A DNA stretch of 64,000 bases from Balanoglossus misakiensis (taxonomy: Eukaryota; Animalia; Hemichordata), in NCBI GenBank assembly GCA_040954595.2, contig CM082589.2, positions 11,916,894-11,980,893 of the forward strand. The letters run 5' to 3'. Position 1 is the first letter of the stretch. Every line of letters starts with the position of its first letter. Positions 61,931 through 64,000 of the stretch are shown here, in pieces. Position numbers and translations under genes: made by a program. Under the pieces are notes generated by a model. That model searched no databases, was not told where the DNA came from, and saw only the letters and a list, made by a program, of their open reading frames with translations.

Positions 61931-62685
61931 TTCATCAAAAATCAAAGCACTATAAACCTAGTAATCACACAATGCATATACATGCAACGATGCAAATGCA
62001 TTAAAAGTGTGATATGAAAATACTTAATTATGTCAAGTAAAGGCAAAATCATTAAGGTAATATTAAAGAACCTACTTGTGCACTGAGTCTGTTGATTGGG
62101 GTCGTCGTTGTGTGGGACTCGCTAGCAATGTGGGGAAAATCTATTGATTATCGACAGACTCAGTGGGCAAGACGTGACCATAAAATAGATATACCAACAT
62201 ATCGAACTGTTGAATACTACGCAAACAAAAGAACCCCAACTAATGAACTGATCCCAGGAAACTACACTGGACTTGAAGGATCTATTGCATGTTTTAGTGG
62301 ACTTGAAGTATTTATTGAAATATTTTTCTCATCATGAAATTAAGTTAGTCATGCTAAACTATGGTATTAATATTATAAAACATATTGCAATTGAAACCTT
62401 CTCATCTGTTATAGCCATTGGAAAAATTCATTAAAGACATACCCTAAAAACATAGGAAAAAGAACACAGACAGATAATAAAATCATAAAAATTTAAAATG
62501 CACACACATACATACCGTATTCTTTATTTATAATATGGGAAAGTACAACGGAGCAAGCGACAGACGCACGCGCGCGCACGCAAAAACATAAATTGCTTGA
62601 AGACGGACTGCAATCTTGGGATTCTTGGGATCTTGTAGAGAACCAGCTTCATCAGATGACCAAAAACATCCTAGGCGCGGAAAGA

Positions 62686-63145
62686 ACACAACCACGGCAA
62701 ACACAGAGGCCAGAATGTGATGAGAGAGTAGTCACAGACACCCAAAAATGTCGACAATTCGAATATGAATTCGAATACACAACCACGGCAAACACAGAGG
62801 CCAGAATGTGACGAGAGAGTAGTCACAGACACCCAAAAATGTTGACAATTCGAATATGAATTCGAAAACACAACTACGGCAAACACAGAGGCCAAAATGT
62901 GACGAGATGTAGTCACAGACACCCAAAAATGTCGACAATTCGAATAAGAATTCGAAAACACAACCACGGCAAACACAGAGGCCAAAATGTGACGAGATGT
63001 AGTCACAGACACCCAAAAATGTTGACAATTCGAATAAGAATTCGAAAACACAACTACAGCAAACACAGAGGCCAGAATGTGACGAGAGAGTAGTCACAGA
63101 CACCCAAAAATGTCGACAATTCGAATAGGAATTTGAAAACACAAC
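62686..63145. repeat. 90-91 bp minisatellite, 5 copies
   Basis: ACACAGAGGCC at 62701, 62792, 62883, 62973 and 63063. Confidence 0.95.
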
Positions 63146-63186
63146 ACAGAGAGTACTCCGAGACATCCAACAATTTTGAAAATATT

Positions 63187-63249
63187 CATACATGCATACA
63201 TACATACATACATACATACATACAGATAGACAGACAGACAGACAGACAG

Positions 63250-63282
<33 letters not shown>

Positions 63283-63525
63283 CATACATACATACATACA
63301 TACATACATACATACATACATACATACATACATGCATACATACATATACACACACACACACACGGGTACATGCAAACATACAACGACACAAATAAATATA
63401 TAAATAAATGAATGAATGAACGAGTGAATGAATGAATGAATAAATGTATGTATGTATGTATGTATGTATGTATGTATGTATGTATGTATGTATGTATGTA
63501 TGAATGAATGGATGGATGGATGAAT
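63187..63525. repeat. Compound microsatellite (CATA)n/(CAGA)n/(CA)n followed by (TGAA)n/(TATG)n/(TGGA)n
   Basis: Directly visible; it accounts for the MYVC and IHTY low-complexity ORFs. Confidence 0.97.
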
Positions 63526-64000
63526 AAATGTACAATACTAGTAAATCATGCCTATATCCAGTACATTCTGGAAAAATGACCGTCCAAGTTTATAGAGAGA
63601 GAGAGAGAGAGCCAGTCAAACAATTTTCAATGTTGGTCAACTGTTCATTGTCATATTTGCTTTCTGTATCAATACAGGACTAATGCTGTAAACTCTTTGT
63701 ATTCTGTTTACCATTCGGCTTTAATATCTTAACTTGACTTTTTCTTTATATGTGGGTGCAATTATGCTACAAAGCTAAACAGTAAACCCCTGAAGGCTGC
63801 TGTACCCTGTGCAATTAACGTAAATTTACACTAAGTGCTTGCTACATGCAATGCTTATTGTGCCTATAGGATTCAACAACCTTCAGGTTATGCTGAATAA
63901 ATCATGGTGATAATTTAGCAGTGTTGGCAAACTGAAGTGTACAATTTAGTTTTAACCTACTTAAACCCTCTCTCTCTGACACAATGACAAATAATGCTAT

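Noticed and set aside
62593-63535. ORFs up to 267 aa with MYVC/IHTY repeats
   Set aside because: They are translations of micro- and minisatellites.

Overview
Eukaryotic, repeat-dominated DNA with no intact host gene; the repeat types suggest a marine invertebrate, which is inference only. Bases 1-43857 are a tandem macrosatellite of about 2.05 kb units, at least 12 of them. Each unit has about 5.5 AT-rich ~165-170 bp monomers, a poly-C tract, a ~200 bp linker and 11 GC-rich 81 bp subrepeats alternating as 162 bp dimers. Three insertions interrupt the array. The first is a minus-strand BEL/Pao LTR retrotransposon (311-9694; both LTRs, ACCAG target-site duplication (TSD), integrase core deleted) holding a 3 kb terminal-inverted-repeat (TIR) element that itself holds a TTAA MITE. 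The second is a plus-strand BEL/Pao element (15120-22616) with its 3' LTR lost and a MITE in integrase. The third is a 3.37 kb foldback, Academ-like TIR element (37800-41165) whose arms use the same ~170 bp monomer family as the satellite. Bases 44935-57729 form two abutting palindromes with 3.4 kb and 2.1 kb arms. They are best explained by a 5.5 kb inverted segment (48727-54235) that fuses copies of both flanks at an ATATC microhomology and is flanked by ATATGA direct repeats, beside Crypton-like end sequences. The last 6 kb hold MITE ends, short tandem duplications, a 90 bp minisatellite and mirror microsatellites. All coordinates and identity estimates were read by eye.
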